From Pristiophorus japonicus (lineage: Eukaryota), in the NCBI RefSeq assembly GCF_044704955.1, contig NC_091984.1:147436001-147500000 (forward strand): a stretch of 64,000 nt of DNA. The letters run 5' to 3'. Positions 36,201 to 47,700 of the stretch are shown here, one piece after another; position 1 is the stretch's first letter; each line of letters begins with the position of its first letter. Position numbers and translations under genes: made by a program. The notes under the pieces are model-generated. The model saw only the letters and a list, made by a program, of their open reading frames with translations. It ran no database searches and had not been told where the DNA came from.

Positions 36201-38025
36201 GTGATTGTCTCAAGGTCCTCCGTTCCCACATTCACGTGACCAGCAATTTTTGACATGGTTTCTGTGTCTTCCACTGTGAAGACCGAAGCAAAATAATTGT
36301 TTAAGGTCTCAGCCATTTCCACATTTCCCATTATTAAATCCCCCTTCTCATCTTCTAAGGGACCAACATTTACTTTAATCACTCCTTTCCGTTTTATATA
36401 TCGGTAAAATCTTTTACTATCTGTTTTTATGTTTTGCGCAAGTTTACTTTCGTAATCTATCTTTCCTTTCTTTATTGCTTTCTTAGTCATTCTTTGCTGT
36501 CGTTTAAAATTTTCCCAATCTTCTAGTTTCCCACTAACCTTGGCCACCTTATACCCATTGGTTTTTAATTTGATACTCTCCTTTATTCCTTGGTTATCCA
36601 CGGCTGGTTATCCCTTCTCTTCCCGCCCTTCTTTTCACTGGAATATATTTTTGTTGAGCACTATGAAAGAGCTCCGTCCAGTCCTCCACTGTTCCTCAAT
36701 TGTGCCACCGTTTAGTCTGTGTTTCCAGTCTACTTTAGCCAACTCTGCCCTCATCCCACTGTAGTCCCCTTTGTTGAAGCACAGTACGCTCGTTTGAGAC
36801 ACTACTTCCTCACCCTCAATCTGTATTACAATATCAACCATACTGTGATCACTCATTCCGAGAGGATCTTTTACTTGGAGATCGTTTATTATTCCTGTCT
36901 CATGACACAGGACCAGATCTAAGATAGCTTGCTCCCTGCTCCCTTCCCCTCACATACCCTCGAAACCTCCGACCAATTACTTTAAATCTATGCCCCCTGG
37001 TTGTTGACCCCTCTGCTAAGGGAAATAGATCCTTCCTATCCACTCTATTTCAGCCCCTCATAAGTTTATACACCTCAATAAGGTCTCCCCTCAGCCTCCT
37101 CTGTCCACGGAAAACACCCCCAGCCTATCCAATCTTTCCTCATGGCTAAAATTTTCCAGTCCAGGCAACATCCTCGTAAATCTGCCTTTGTGCAATTGGT
37201 TGTAAAGCACCTTTGGATGCCCTGAAGTGGTGAAAGGCGCTATATAAATTCAAGGCTTTCTTTCATTGAAGTGGTAGGGCCCTGATCCTAACCCTCACCC
37301 ATTGTCCGCGCACTCTGACCTTCCAGGAGGTCACGGGATCATTGGGAGCAGTGACCCTGTCTGACCTCGGTATTTTGAGGCTAATTGTCGCCTCACCCTT
37401 GACCTCACCCCGGTGCTGGGCAGCAAGCTTTTAAATACAATCTAGAAGCTTCTACACCGTCACCCAACATGAAGCCTTGCTGAAGTGTGTTTATACAAGT
37501 GTGTCGCAATGTTCCCAGATAAAGTTCTCCCGATCTGTGTGTGATCTGAGCTTTCTCACTGCTGAGCCTGTTTCCCCTGTATCCACCCATCTACAGTTCG
37601 AGCTTCCTGCCAGTGAACAGCATCTTAACGGGACACTCAGTCTTTACCGACTCTTACTGTTAACCATTTCAGTGCTGAATGTGTGCCAACCCTGCACTGC
37701 AGATGTTTATACAACAGTCCAATATGATTTTGAGTATCAGCCATAGCTCAGTGCGTTGCACTCTCGCCTCTGAGTCAGAAGGTTGTGGGTTCAAGTCCCA
37801 CTCCAGGGACTTGAGCACAAAAATCTAGGCTGACACTCCAGTGCAGTGCTGAGGGAGAGCTGCACTGTTGGAGGGGCCGTCTTTCAGATGAGACGTTAAA
37901 CCGAGGCCCAGTCTGCCCTCTCAGGTGGATGTAAAAGATCCCAGGACACTATTTTGAAGAAGAGCAGGGGAGTTCCCCCCGGTGTCCTGGTCAATATTAA
38001 TCCATCAAGCAACATGACAGAAGAA
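33248..38025 (+). repeat. Direct segmental duplicate of the kappa J-C intron (paralogous to ~21045-23260 and ~27940-28995), with no V, J or C
   Basis: Collinear unique blocks: 33671-34050 vs 22261-22730, and 37190-38025 vs 28180-28995. Confidence 0.85.
34592..36940 (-). mobile_element. 5'-truncated CR1 LINE inserted in the duplicate
   Basis: ORFs 34800-35402, 35710-35937, 36092-36601 and 36635-36856; tail cataagaacataac. Confidence 0.9.
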
Positions 38026-38529
38026 CACATTATCACCACCCTCTGAGTGAAGATGTTTATCCTCATCTCAGTTCGAAATGGCTGACCTCTGATTCGGAGA
38101 CTGTGACCCCTGGTTCTCGACTCCCCAGCCAGACGAAACATCCTCCCTGCATCTACCCTGTAAAGCCTTGTCAGAATTGTATATGTTTCAATGGGATCCC
38201 TTCTCATTCTTCAAAACTCTAGAGAGTACAGACCTTGGAACTTGCGGAACCAGGTGGGTAGATGGAGTTCAGATACAGATGAGCAATGATCTGATTGAAT
38301 GGGGGAACAGGCTCAAGGGGCTGAATGGCCTCCTCCTGTTCATTGTGTCCAGCAGCAGCTGTGTACCTCTCCGCAACCTCATCTTGACTTTTATCAGTCG
38401 CATCAGAGCCTTGATTCCCTCACCAGGGGGTTGGTGTTTCCAGATCAATGTCCAGCTGATCGATGCCATGAGTCAGACTCAGTGAGCGCTGTCAGAGGAT
38501 GGAAAGGCTGCTCTCACTGCAGCCTTGTT

Positions 38530-39305
38530 CTAATGCATTTGGGGAGGGGCAACAAGGCAAGGGAATTCACAATAAATGGAATGGTACTGAGAGGGGTGGA
38601 GGAACGGAGGGACCTTGGAGTGCATGTCCACAGATCCCTGAAGGTAGCAGGCCAGGTCGATAAGGTGGTTAAAAAGGCATATGGAATACTTGCCTTTATT
38701 AGCTGAGGCATTTGAATACAAGAGCAGGGAGGTTATGCTTGAACTGTATAAAACACTAGTTAGGCCACAGCTAGAGTACTGCGTGCAGTCCTGGTCACCA
38801 CATTACAGGAAAGATGTGATTACAGAGGAGATTCACGAGGATGTTGCCAGAACTGGACAATTTTAGCTCTGAGGGAAGATTGGATCTGCTGGGGGTGTTT
38901 TCTTTGGAACAGAGGAGGCTGAGGGGAGACCTTATTGAGGTGTGTAAAATGATGAGGGGCCTAGATAGAGTGGATAGAATGGACCCATTTCCCTTAGCAG
39001 AGGGGTCAACAACCAGGGGGCATAGATTTAAAATAATTGGTGGAAGGTTTAGAGGGGAGATGAGGAAACAATTCTTCACCCAGAGGGTGGTGGGGGTCTG
39101 GAACTCACTGCCTGAAAGGGTGGTAGAGGCAAAAACTCTCACCACATTTAAAAAGTACTTGGATGTGCACTTAAAGTGCCGTAACTCACAGGGCTACGGA
39201 CCCAGAGCTGGAAAGTGGGATTAGGCTGTGTAGCTCTTTGTTGACCGGCGCGGACATGATGGGCCGAAATGGCCTCCTTCCGTCCTGTAATTTTCTGTGA
39301 TTCTA
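38530..39305 (+). mobile_element. CR1 3' fragment
   Basis: ORFs 38681-38866 and 38841-39224. Confidence 0.88.
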
Positions 39306-39403
39306 TGGTGGTGTTGACCACTTTAAAAGACGCAGCATACATTTTATTGAAACTATTTCTGTTCCCGGTTTCCCCGCTGCCAATAATTGGATCAATTGAT
39401 GCT

Positions 39404-39420
39404 GCAGCGCCCCCTTGTGG
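39404..39420 (-). promoter_or_regulatory. Candidate CTCF site
   Basis: Reverse strand CCACAAGGGGGCGCTGC matches the CTCF core, in a short unique island. Confidence 0.5.
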
Positions 39421-39729
39421 TACATCGATATGGGCTCCACCCAAACCCCTGCTTTCAACCCTTGAACCCACATTGCCTACGCTAGCTGGAGCCCCGCTCC
39501 TTTATCACAGCATCTCACAGCACAGAGGGAGGCCATTCGGCCCATCAAACCTGTGCTGGCTCTTTGAAAGAACTGTGGACTACAATGGCCTCGACTAATG
39601 ATCCAGAGACACGAGTTCAAATCCCACCACGGCAGCTGGGGAATTTAAATTCAGTTGATTAAATAAATTTGGAATAAAAAGCTAGTGTCAGTAATGGTGA
39701 CCATGAAACTGCCGGATTGTCACAAAAAC

Positions 39730-42700
39730 CCATCGACCTGGCCTGCTCCCTTCAGGGATCTGTGGACATGCAAACCCAGGTCCCTTTGTTCCTCGACACC
39801 TCTCAGTGTCCTACCATTTAATGTGTATTCCCTTGCCTTGATAGACCTCCCCAAATGCATGACCTCACACTTCTCCGGATTAAATTCCATTTGCCACTGT
39901 TCTGCCCACCTGATCATTTCATTGATATCTTTCTGCAATCTGCAGCTCTTTTCTTCATTATCAACCACATGACCGATTTTAGTATCATCTGCAAACTTCT
40001 GAATCATACCCCCTACATTCAAGTCCAAATCATTGATATGTACCACAAAAAGTTAGGGACCTAGTACTGACCTCTGCAGAACCCCACTGGAAACAGCCTT
40101 CCAGTCACAAAAACACCCATCAACCATTACCCTTTGCTTCCTGCCTCTAAGCCAATTTTGGATCCAACTTGCAACTTTGCCCTGGATCTCATGGGCTTTT
40201 ACCTTCGTGACCAGTCTGCAATGTGGCACCTTATCAAAAGTCTTGGTAAAATCCATATACACTACATCAAATGCACTGCCCTCATCGACCCTCCTTATTA
40301 CTTCTTCGGTGAATTCAATTAAGTTCGTCAGACACGACCTTCCCTGAACAAATCCATCCTGACTGTCCTTGATTAATCCCTCTATCTTAATGAAGATTTA
40401 ACCTGTCTCTCAGGAGTTTTTTCCAATAACTTTCCCACTACTTAGGTTAGGCTGACTGGCCTGTAATTACTCGGTCTATCCCTTTCTCCCTTTTTAAACA
40501 AAGATACAATGTTAGCAGTCCTCCAGTCCTCCTGCACCACACCTGTAGCCAGAGAGGATTGGAAAATGATGGTCAGAGCCTCTGCTATTTCCTCTTTTGA
40601 TTCTCTTAATAGCCTGGGATACATTTCATCCGGGCCAGGGGATTTATCCACTCTCAAAGCTGCTAAGCTCCTTAATACTTCCTCTCTCACTATGTTTCTT
40701 TCATCTCATATTTCCCACTCCTCCTCCCTGATTGCAATGTCTGCATTGCTCCTCTCTTTTGTGAAAACAGATGCAAAGTGTTCATTAAGAACCAGACCCA
40801 CGTTTTATGCCTCCACACACAGATTACCTTTATGGTCTCTAATAGGCCCAACTCTTTCTTTAATTATCCTCCTGCTCGTAATGTATTTATAAAACATCTT
40901 TGGGTCTTCCTTGATTTTACTTGCCAAAATGTTTTCATGCTCTCTCTATGCTTTCCTAATTTACTTTTTAATTGCACCCCTGCACTTTCTATACCCCTCT
41001 AAAGTTCCTGCAGTATTGAGCCCTCGGTATCTGTCATAAGCCTCCCTTTTTTAATTTATCCTACACTGTATTTCCCTTGACATCAAGAGGCCTCGAGATT
41101 TGTTAGCCCCACTTTTTCTTTAAGGGAACAGACTTACTCTGAAACCTCACTATCTCCACCTTGAATGCCTCCCACTGCTCTGACACTGATTTACCTTCAA
41201 GTAGCCGTTTCCAGTCCACTTTGGCCAAATCTCATCTCAGCTCAGCAAAATTGGCTTTTCCCCAACTGAGAACTTTTATTCCTGCTCTATCTTTGTCCTT
41301 TTCCATAACTACCCTAAATCTAACTGAATTATGATCACTAGCACCAAAATGCTCTCCCACTGATACCCCTTCCACCTGCCCCTCTTCATCCCCCCAAACC
41401 AAGTCCAGAACCGTCCCCTCCCTTGTTGGGCTTGTTACAAACTGGCTAAAAAAGTTCTCCTGAAGGCATTTTAGGAATTCCGCACCCTCTATATCTTTCA
41501 CATTAATTTTATCCCAGTTAATATTAGGGTAGTTGAAATCCCCTACTATAACTGCCCTATAGTTTTTGCACTTGTCAGAAATGGGCCGACATATTTGATC
41601 TTCTCTCTCCCTCTGACTGTTTGGGGGTCTATAGTACACTCCCAGCAGTGTGATTACCCCTTTTTCGTTCTTCAATTCGACCTATATGGCCTCATTTGAT
41701 GATCTTTCCGACATATCATCCCTCCTCATAGCTGTAATTGTTTCTTTCAATTGTTTCAGAACAGCGACCCCCTCCTTTTTTATCCCCCTCTCTATCCCGT
41801 CTGAAAACCCTGTAACCAGGAATGTTGAGCTGCCATACCTGCCCTTCTTTCAGCCATGTCTCAGTAATAGCTATAATATCGTACTCCCAAGTGTCCATCT
41901 GTGCTCTCAGCTCATCTGCCTTATTCCCTATACTCCATGCATTGAAGTATATACCATTGAGCACTGCCAAACTGCCTTGTTGTCTATTTTCTAGGCTTTG
42001 TTTCCTCTGTCTTCCAAAATCACTTTCTATTTTTCTGCTTTCCAATTCCAGCTTTGCTTCTCTTCCCACTGAATCCATTCTCAGGTTCCCATCCCCTGGC
42101 AAGCAAGTTTAAACCCTCCCCAAAGGCAATAGCAAATCCCCCCACAACGATATTCGTCCCGGCTCTGTTGAGGTGCAACCCATCCGGCTTGTACAGGTCC
42201 CACCTGCCCCAGAAATGGTCCCAATGCCTTAGGAAACTAAAGCCCTCTCTCCTGCAACATCTTTCTAGCCATGTAGTCATCTGCTTTACCCTCCTATTTC
42301 TGTAGTCACTATTGTGAGCTCAAAATAAAGTGTGACGTTAGTCTTTTTTGCAGGTCTCCAGAGTGCCCCCGCATCCTGTGAAGCCTCCTTAAATACCTTT
42401 GCTCTCAAGCGATTATGGGATTCCTTGGGACTCCAGGGGATGAGCCCTTTGGTGGCTGTACATAGTAAATACAAGTCCACATATACAACAACTAGCACGT
42501 GGCACTGGCAGTAATACGGAGATTACTACCTTTGAGGTCTTGCTTTTTTATCTCTCTCCTTGGTCCCTACTCTCCCCCTGTAGGATCTCATCCCTCTTTC
42601 TACCTGTGTCATTGGTACAAATATGGACCACAACCTCTGGCTGTTCACCCTCCCCCCTCAGAATGTACTGCAGCCTCTCAGTGACATCCTTGACCCTGGC

Positions 42701-43260
42701 ACCAGGCAGGCAACATACCATCCTGGAGTCACGTCTGCGGCCGCAAAAATGCCTGTCTGTTCCCCTAACTATCGAATCCCCTACCACTATTGCTCTTCCA
42801 CTTTTCTTCCTCCTCCCTGTGCAGCTGAGCCACCCGTGGTGCCGTGGACTTGGCTCTGGCTGCACTTCCTAGAGGCACCATCGCCCCCACCAGTACTCAG
42901 AACACAATACTGGTTGGAGAGCGAGATGGACTCAGGGGACTCCTGCACTACCTGCCTGGACCTCCTCTTCTGTCTGGTGGTCACCCATTCCCTCTCTGCC
43001 TGCACAGTCTTAAGCTGCGGGGTGACCACCTCTAGAAACGTGTTATCCACGAAGTTCTCAGCCTCATGGATGCACCGTAGTGACTCCAGCCGCCGCTCAA
43101 TCTCCGAAACGCGGAGCTCGAGTTGCTGTAGCTGGTGACACTTCCTGCACATGTGGTCGTCCAGGCCACGAGAAGTGTCCAGGACTTCCCACATGGCACA
43201 GGATGTGCACTGCACGGGATAGAACTGCTCTGCCATGCCTCTATTTAATAGACTGAGAAG
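39730..43260 (-). mobile_element. Near full-length degenerate CR1 LINE: ORF1 (Cys-rich zinc finger, coiled coil, SGNH esterase) and ORF2 (APE, RT)
   Basis: ORF 42787-43371 (CTSCAMWE...CRKC, LELRV), 42548-42865 (GDSIVRG, CLPGARV), 42020-42280 (DGLHLN), 41716-42102 and 41232-41675 (APE), 39720-40690 (RT). Confidence 0.9.
42312..42490 (-). mobile_element. Short solo-LTR-like insertion (probably Gypsy) in CR1 ORF1
   Basis: Begins TGTTG on the minus strand; TATTTAA and a polyA-like motif inside; ACTA duplicated at 42308-42311 and 42491-42494. Confidence 0.6.
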
Positions 43261-43407
43261 TGACTGAGCAGAAATAAACTTAAAACTATTAAAAAAACAA
43301 ATAATAGCCTGGCCTACATCAGTTAGGCCATAATTTGTGGATTCTTTCATCCCACTGAGGGCGAACACCATCGATGGGCCATTAATGGTCTTAAGTTTTC
43401 AGCTCAG

Positions 43408-44310
43408 TCAGCTGTGGCTCAATGGGCAGCACATTCGTCTCTGAGTCCAAAAGTTGTAGGTTCAAGTCCCACTCCAGAGACTAAGCTCAGAAATCTAGAC
43501 TGACAGTCCCAGTGCAGGACTGAGGTAGTGATGCACTGTTGGAGGAGCCGTCTTTCTGGTGAGAGGTTAAACTGAGGCCTTGCCTGCCCTCTCAGGTGGG
43601 TGTTAACAATCCCATGCCACTACTTTGAAGAAGAGCAGGGGAGTTTTGCCTGGTGTCCTGGCCAATATTTATTCCTCAATCAAAATCAGACTGGGGACGA
43701 AATTGCCCTGCTGTGCACCTACCATTAGTGCCTCAAGGGGATGTGACAGTGTTTTCCCCGGGGAGGTGGGGACAGCTACCAGCTCCCGCGGGATTTAGCA
43801 GAAACACGCAACGGAGAACGTCCCATGAGCCGTGTCTGTGCCAGTCCTGAGGGTCACGAACCGGTCCGCACTTCGCTGGCGAGGTGAAGCTTACTGCGAT
43901 GTGCGCGTTGCCATTTGTTTTTGCCGAATTACCGGTCGGGCCTTTCTGTGCCAATGTGGCGGGGTCGGTGCTGCGATGGTGCAGCCCAACACTCGCCCCC
44001 CCGAGCCCACCCCCAGGGGAAGTGCAGTGCACCACATTGCGCTCCACTTCCTGTCAGGGGCCGCGACCCCAATTTCGCTTCCGGGGCGGGACTTCGTCGT
44101 GGGAAAAGTTACTGCACCATCCGGGGCAATACGCAATTTGGGTCCATTATCTGGTCATAGTCACATGTGGGAGCTTGCTATGCACAAACTGTCTGTCGTG
44201 TCTCCTCCATTACCGCTGTGACTACACTTCAAAAATACTTCATTGGCTGTAAAGCGTTTTGGGACGTCCTGAGGTGGTGAAAGGCGCTATATAAATGCAA
44301 GTCTTTCTTA
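43408..44310 (+). mobile_element. Deu-domain SINE split by a MITE-like insertion (~43693-44145)
   Basis: SINE head and core 43408-43690, tail 44146-44310; insert ends ggacgaaattgc / gcaatttgggtcc are imperfect inverted repeats. Confidence 0.65.
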
Positions 44311-45717
44311 CCAATTCAGCTCAACATCTTTGAAACCCAAACCCACGGACAGTGACGGACAGGTAAAGACCCTGTGGTCCATCCAGCCCATCCCACACAA
44401 TTGTGATACCTTGTGTATCACAGTATAGACTCTCCACCCCACCCAAAACGACCTGATCTCCTGGGAGAGGCGAAAAACCAGGGAAAAAACCCATTGGGGG
44501 AAATAAATCTGGGAAACTCCTCTCCGACCGCCCCCGCTCTCCCCCCGGGCGATGGAAACTAGTCCAGGAGGTCACTGTGGCCCTGAATTCCCTGCAGTAA
44601 CTACCTTCTGTAAGTGGTGATCTCCGCACCGGCCACAAACAGGTCCTGCTCTCGCTTATGTACAGCTCATGGATTTAAAATTACAAGCTTTCCCCACAGT
44701 GTCAAGTGCTGCAAATACTGTGTTACATTATCAGGGTTATATTCTCACTGTCTGTCATTGTCACAACACTTGCTATATAAATGCAAGTTGTTGTTGTGTT
44801 CAGGGGCCGCTGTATCTGGCTCAGGCTTCTTATCCATCCCCCCTTCCCTTCCCCCTCCATTGGGGGCCATGCCTTCAGCTGCCTGGGCCCTAACTCCCTG
44901 CTCCCTAAACCTCTCTGCCGCTCCACCCCTCTCCTCTTTTAAGATCTCCCTTCAAACCCAATCTGTGACTCTCCCTCCCAGCCCCTGCCCCTTTGGCTCA
45001 GCACCACTTTGACCAGATTACGCCTCTGTCAGCTGCCTCGGGATGTTGTTCTAATGTTCCAGTTGCTATAGCAAATCAGGTTGTTGCTGCTGTACCTGGT
45101 GGCAGAGCGTCTCTGTGTAGATGTACCCCGTGCACCGAGCTCCGCGGTGATGCCTCCCACAGTGGAATGGCCTGCCGATGCTCGCTGCAGTGCGGAGTGG
45201 CTACTAACCCGCCAATCGGTCTGAGACACCGCCTCAAGAGCGGACAAGGAGATACACGCTGAGATCCACCATCAAATGACACACGGGGAACTGGAAATGA
45301 TTCTGCAAACCTGACTGGAGGTTTGGTACAAACGGGTTTTACAAACCAATCAATTGAGTGACACAGAAATTGTTCAAAAATGTGGTCTTTTCAGAATCAA
45401 CATCGCCCCCTTTTGGTATGAAGACAGCACTGACAATTTCCCTCACAATTTGACTGAGCTGCAATTTTCAATGTCTCCTTACGTGGTTCGCTGTCAATCT
45501 TTATTATATAACGCTCCTGTGAAGTGCTCGGGGAGTTTTCCTGTGTTAAAGGTGCTGCATAAAAGTTGCTGTTGTTGTTAGTTCTGAGTTAGCTGTTTCA
45601 ACTGAGGTTGGGATATGACTCACAGCTCAGACTGTGCAGCATCCAGTGATGCAATGTTGTATCTGGGTTCAAGCCCCACTCCAGGGACCTGAGTGTAAAA
45701 GAAAGACATACACTACT

Positions 45718-45850
45718 GTGCAGTCCTGAGGGAATGCTGCACTGTCAGAGGGGCAGTACTGAGGGAGTGCCGCACTGTCAGAGGGGCAGTACTGAGGGAG
45801 TGCCGCACTGTCGGAGGGGTGGTACTGAGGGAGTGCCGCACTGTCGGAGG
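45718..45850. repeat. 33-bp tandem repeat (~4 units), SINE-derived
   Basis: gcagtactgagggagtgccgcactgtcagaggg repeated. Confidence 0.85.
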
Positions 45851-45889
45851 GTGTGCGTGTGTGCATTGGTAAATTTCAGTCCTAGTCAC

Positions 45890-47700
45890 ACAGCAATTGT
45901 TGGCAACGTTCTCTGATGAAGTCCATGTAGCCCCTGTTGGGTTCCCCTGGATTATTCTCAGTTACTGAGGAAGTCTCGGCCGATCCAATACATGGGAATA
46001 CCGAGCGCAGTGTTGACCGACTGGACCTGGTGACCTGCAGCAACACCTGGACCCTCCGATTCCCCTCTTGGCCAAGTTTCCCAGCACACTGAGCGCTTCA
46101 ATCCTCACTTTATCTCACGGCATCGCAGAGCGGTTGAATCCTTGCCTGGGATTTGTCTGCAAACAGTTGGATGGTGTCTGCTCTCAACTGGATTATGTTC
46201 TTACAGAGGCTCGACAGCGCCTCCTTCTGGTTCTCCTTGTTCCCCCACAACAACAACAACAACAACTTGTATTTATATAGCGCCTTTAATGGAGTGAAAC
46301 GTCCCAAGGCGCTTCACAGGAGTATTATGGGATACAAATTTGACACCTAGCCGCATAAGTAGAAATTAGTGCTGGTCAAACAGGTCGGTTTTAAGGGGCG
46401 TCTTGAAGGAGGAAAGAGAGGTAAAGAGGCAGAGAGGTTTAGGGAGAGAGTTCCAGAGCTTGGGGCTCAAGCAACAGAAGGCACGGCCACCAATGGTTGA
46501 GCGATTATAATCAGGGATGCTCAGAAGGGCAGAATTAGAGGAGCGCAGACATCTTGGTTGGTTGTGGGGCTGGAGGAGATTACAGAGATAGTGAGGGGCG
46601 AGGCCATGGAGGGTTTTGAAAATAAGGATGAGAATTTTGAAATCAAAGGCGTTGCTTAACCGGGAGCCAATGTAGGTCAGCGAGCACAGGGGTGATGGGT
46701 GAACAGGACTTGGTGCGAGTTAGGACACAGGCAGCTGAGTTTTGGGTCACCTCTAGTTTACATCGAGTAGAATCTGGGAGACCAGCCAGGATTGCGTTGG
46801 AATAGTCGAATCTAGAGGTAACAAAGCATGGATGAGGGTTTCAGCAGCGGATGAGCTGAGGCAAGTGCGGGGACACGTAATGTTGTGGAGATGGAAATAG
46901 ATGGTCTTAGTTATGCTGCGGATGTGTGGTCGAAAGCTCAGACTAATCAATGTGCCCGTCACTTTATGAGACCAGTAATGGGCTCCAATTGTAATGTTGC
47001 CCAGGCCCGTGACACACAGCAACTGGACAAGTGTAGAGCAAACACCCCAACAATCTGCTCACCAGCGTGTCTGTGAGCTGCAGCTGTGAAACCCGTGGAG
47101 ATTTGAACAGCTCTCCGAAGGAGGAAGCCATGGTGATTGGCTGACAGTCTGGGACGGTAAGGATCAGAGCTGCCTGCCCTTCCACAATGCCCAGCAGGCT
47201 GAGGCCAGTGTATTTCACCATTGCTCTGACCGGCAGGACAGCCTCCTTGTCGGACTTTCCCAGGTCCATCATCTGGTCCCATCCCCCCCTTTTCACCGTG
47301 TCCTTACCGACTGTTTTATTATTGGTCGGAGCCAGTGGGTCCTTTAGTGCCCCCACACAGTTCATGCCCATCTCTGCTTCTCCATGTTCCACAGCCAGCT
47401 GAGAAATCTCTCTGGTTGGATTTGCCGTGGGGAGCAGTACCATTGAGCAGAGAAACATTAACACAGGGGTTGAGATGAATGAGCAGGGCGCAGAATAACA
47501 GCGGGAATAATGTAGTCACTGCCTCTGCCAACTCGGGCTTAGTGTTCAGACGGTGGCCAGGGATCGAAGGGTTAATTAGATTGAAGCTCTCTCCTCGTTG
47601 CTCTCTCAGGCACAAATGCACAGTCTGTAGCACTTTGCTGTGATTGGTCCACCCCTGAGGTTTCTGTGTTGCCATGGTTTCCATTATGAGGCCAGGGGAC
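45890..47700 (-). pseudogene. Intronless, frameshifted MROH1-like (maestro HEAT-like repeat) pseudogene, split by an L2 insertion
   Basis: Collinear peptides LFPLLFCALL, CVGALK, GGWDQM, RAMVKYTG, QPITMASSFGEL, LTDTLVSRL, GLGNI, RIQPLCD, VRIEALSVLGNL and YMDFIRERCQQL recall the MROH1 C-terminal HEAT region in the same order. Confidence 0.65.
46248..46945 (-). mobile_element. L2-clade LINE 3' fragment
   Basis: SFRPHIRSITKTIYFHLHNI...AAETLIHA; (TTG)n tail; similar to 32608-33030. Confidence 0.85.

Noticed and set aside
46950-47700. Harbinger transposase remnant
   Set aside because: Only weak motif similarity; the collinear MROH-like match explains the region better
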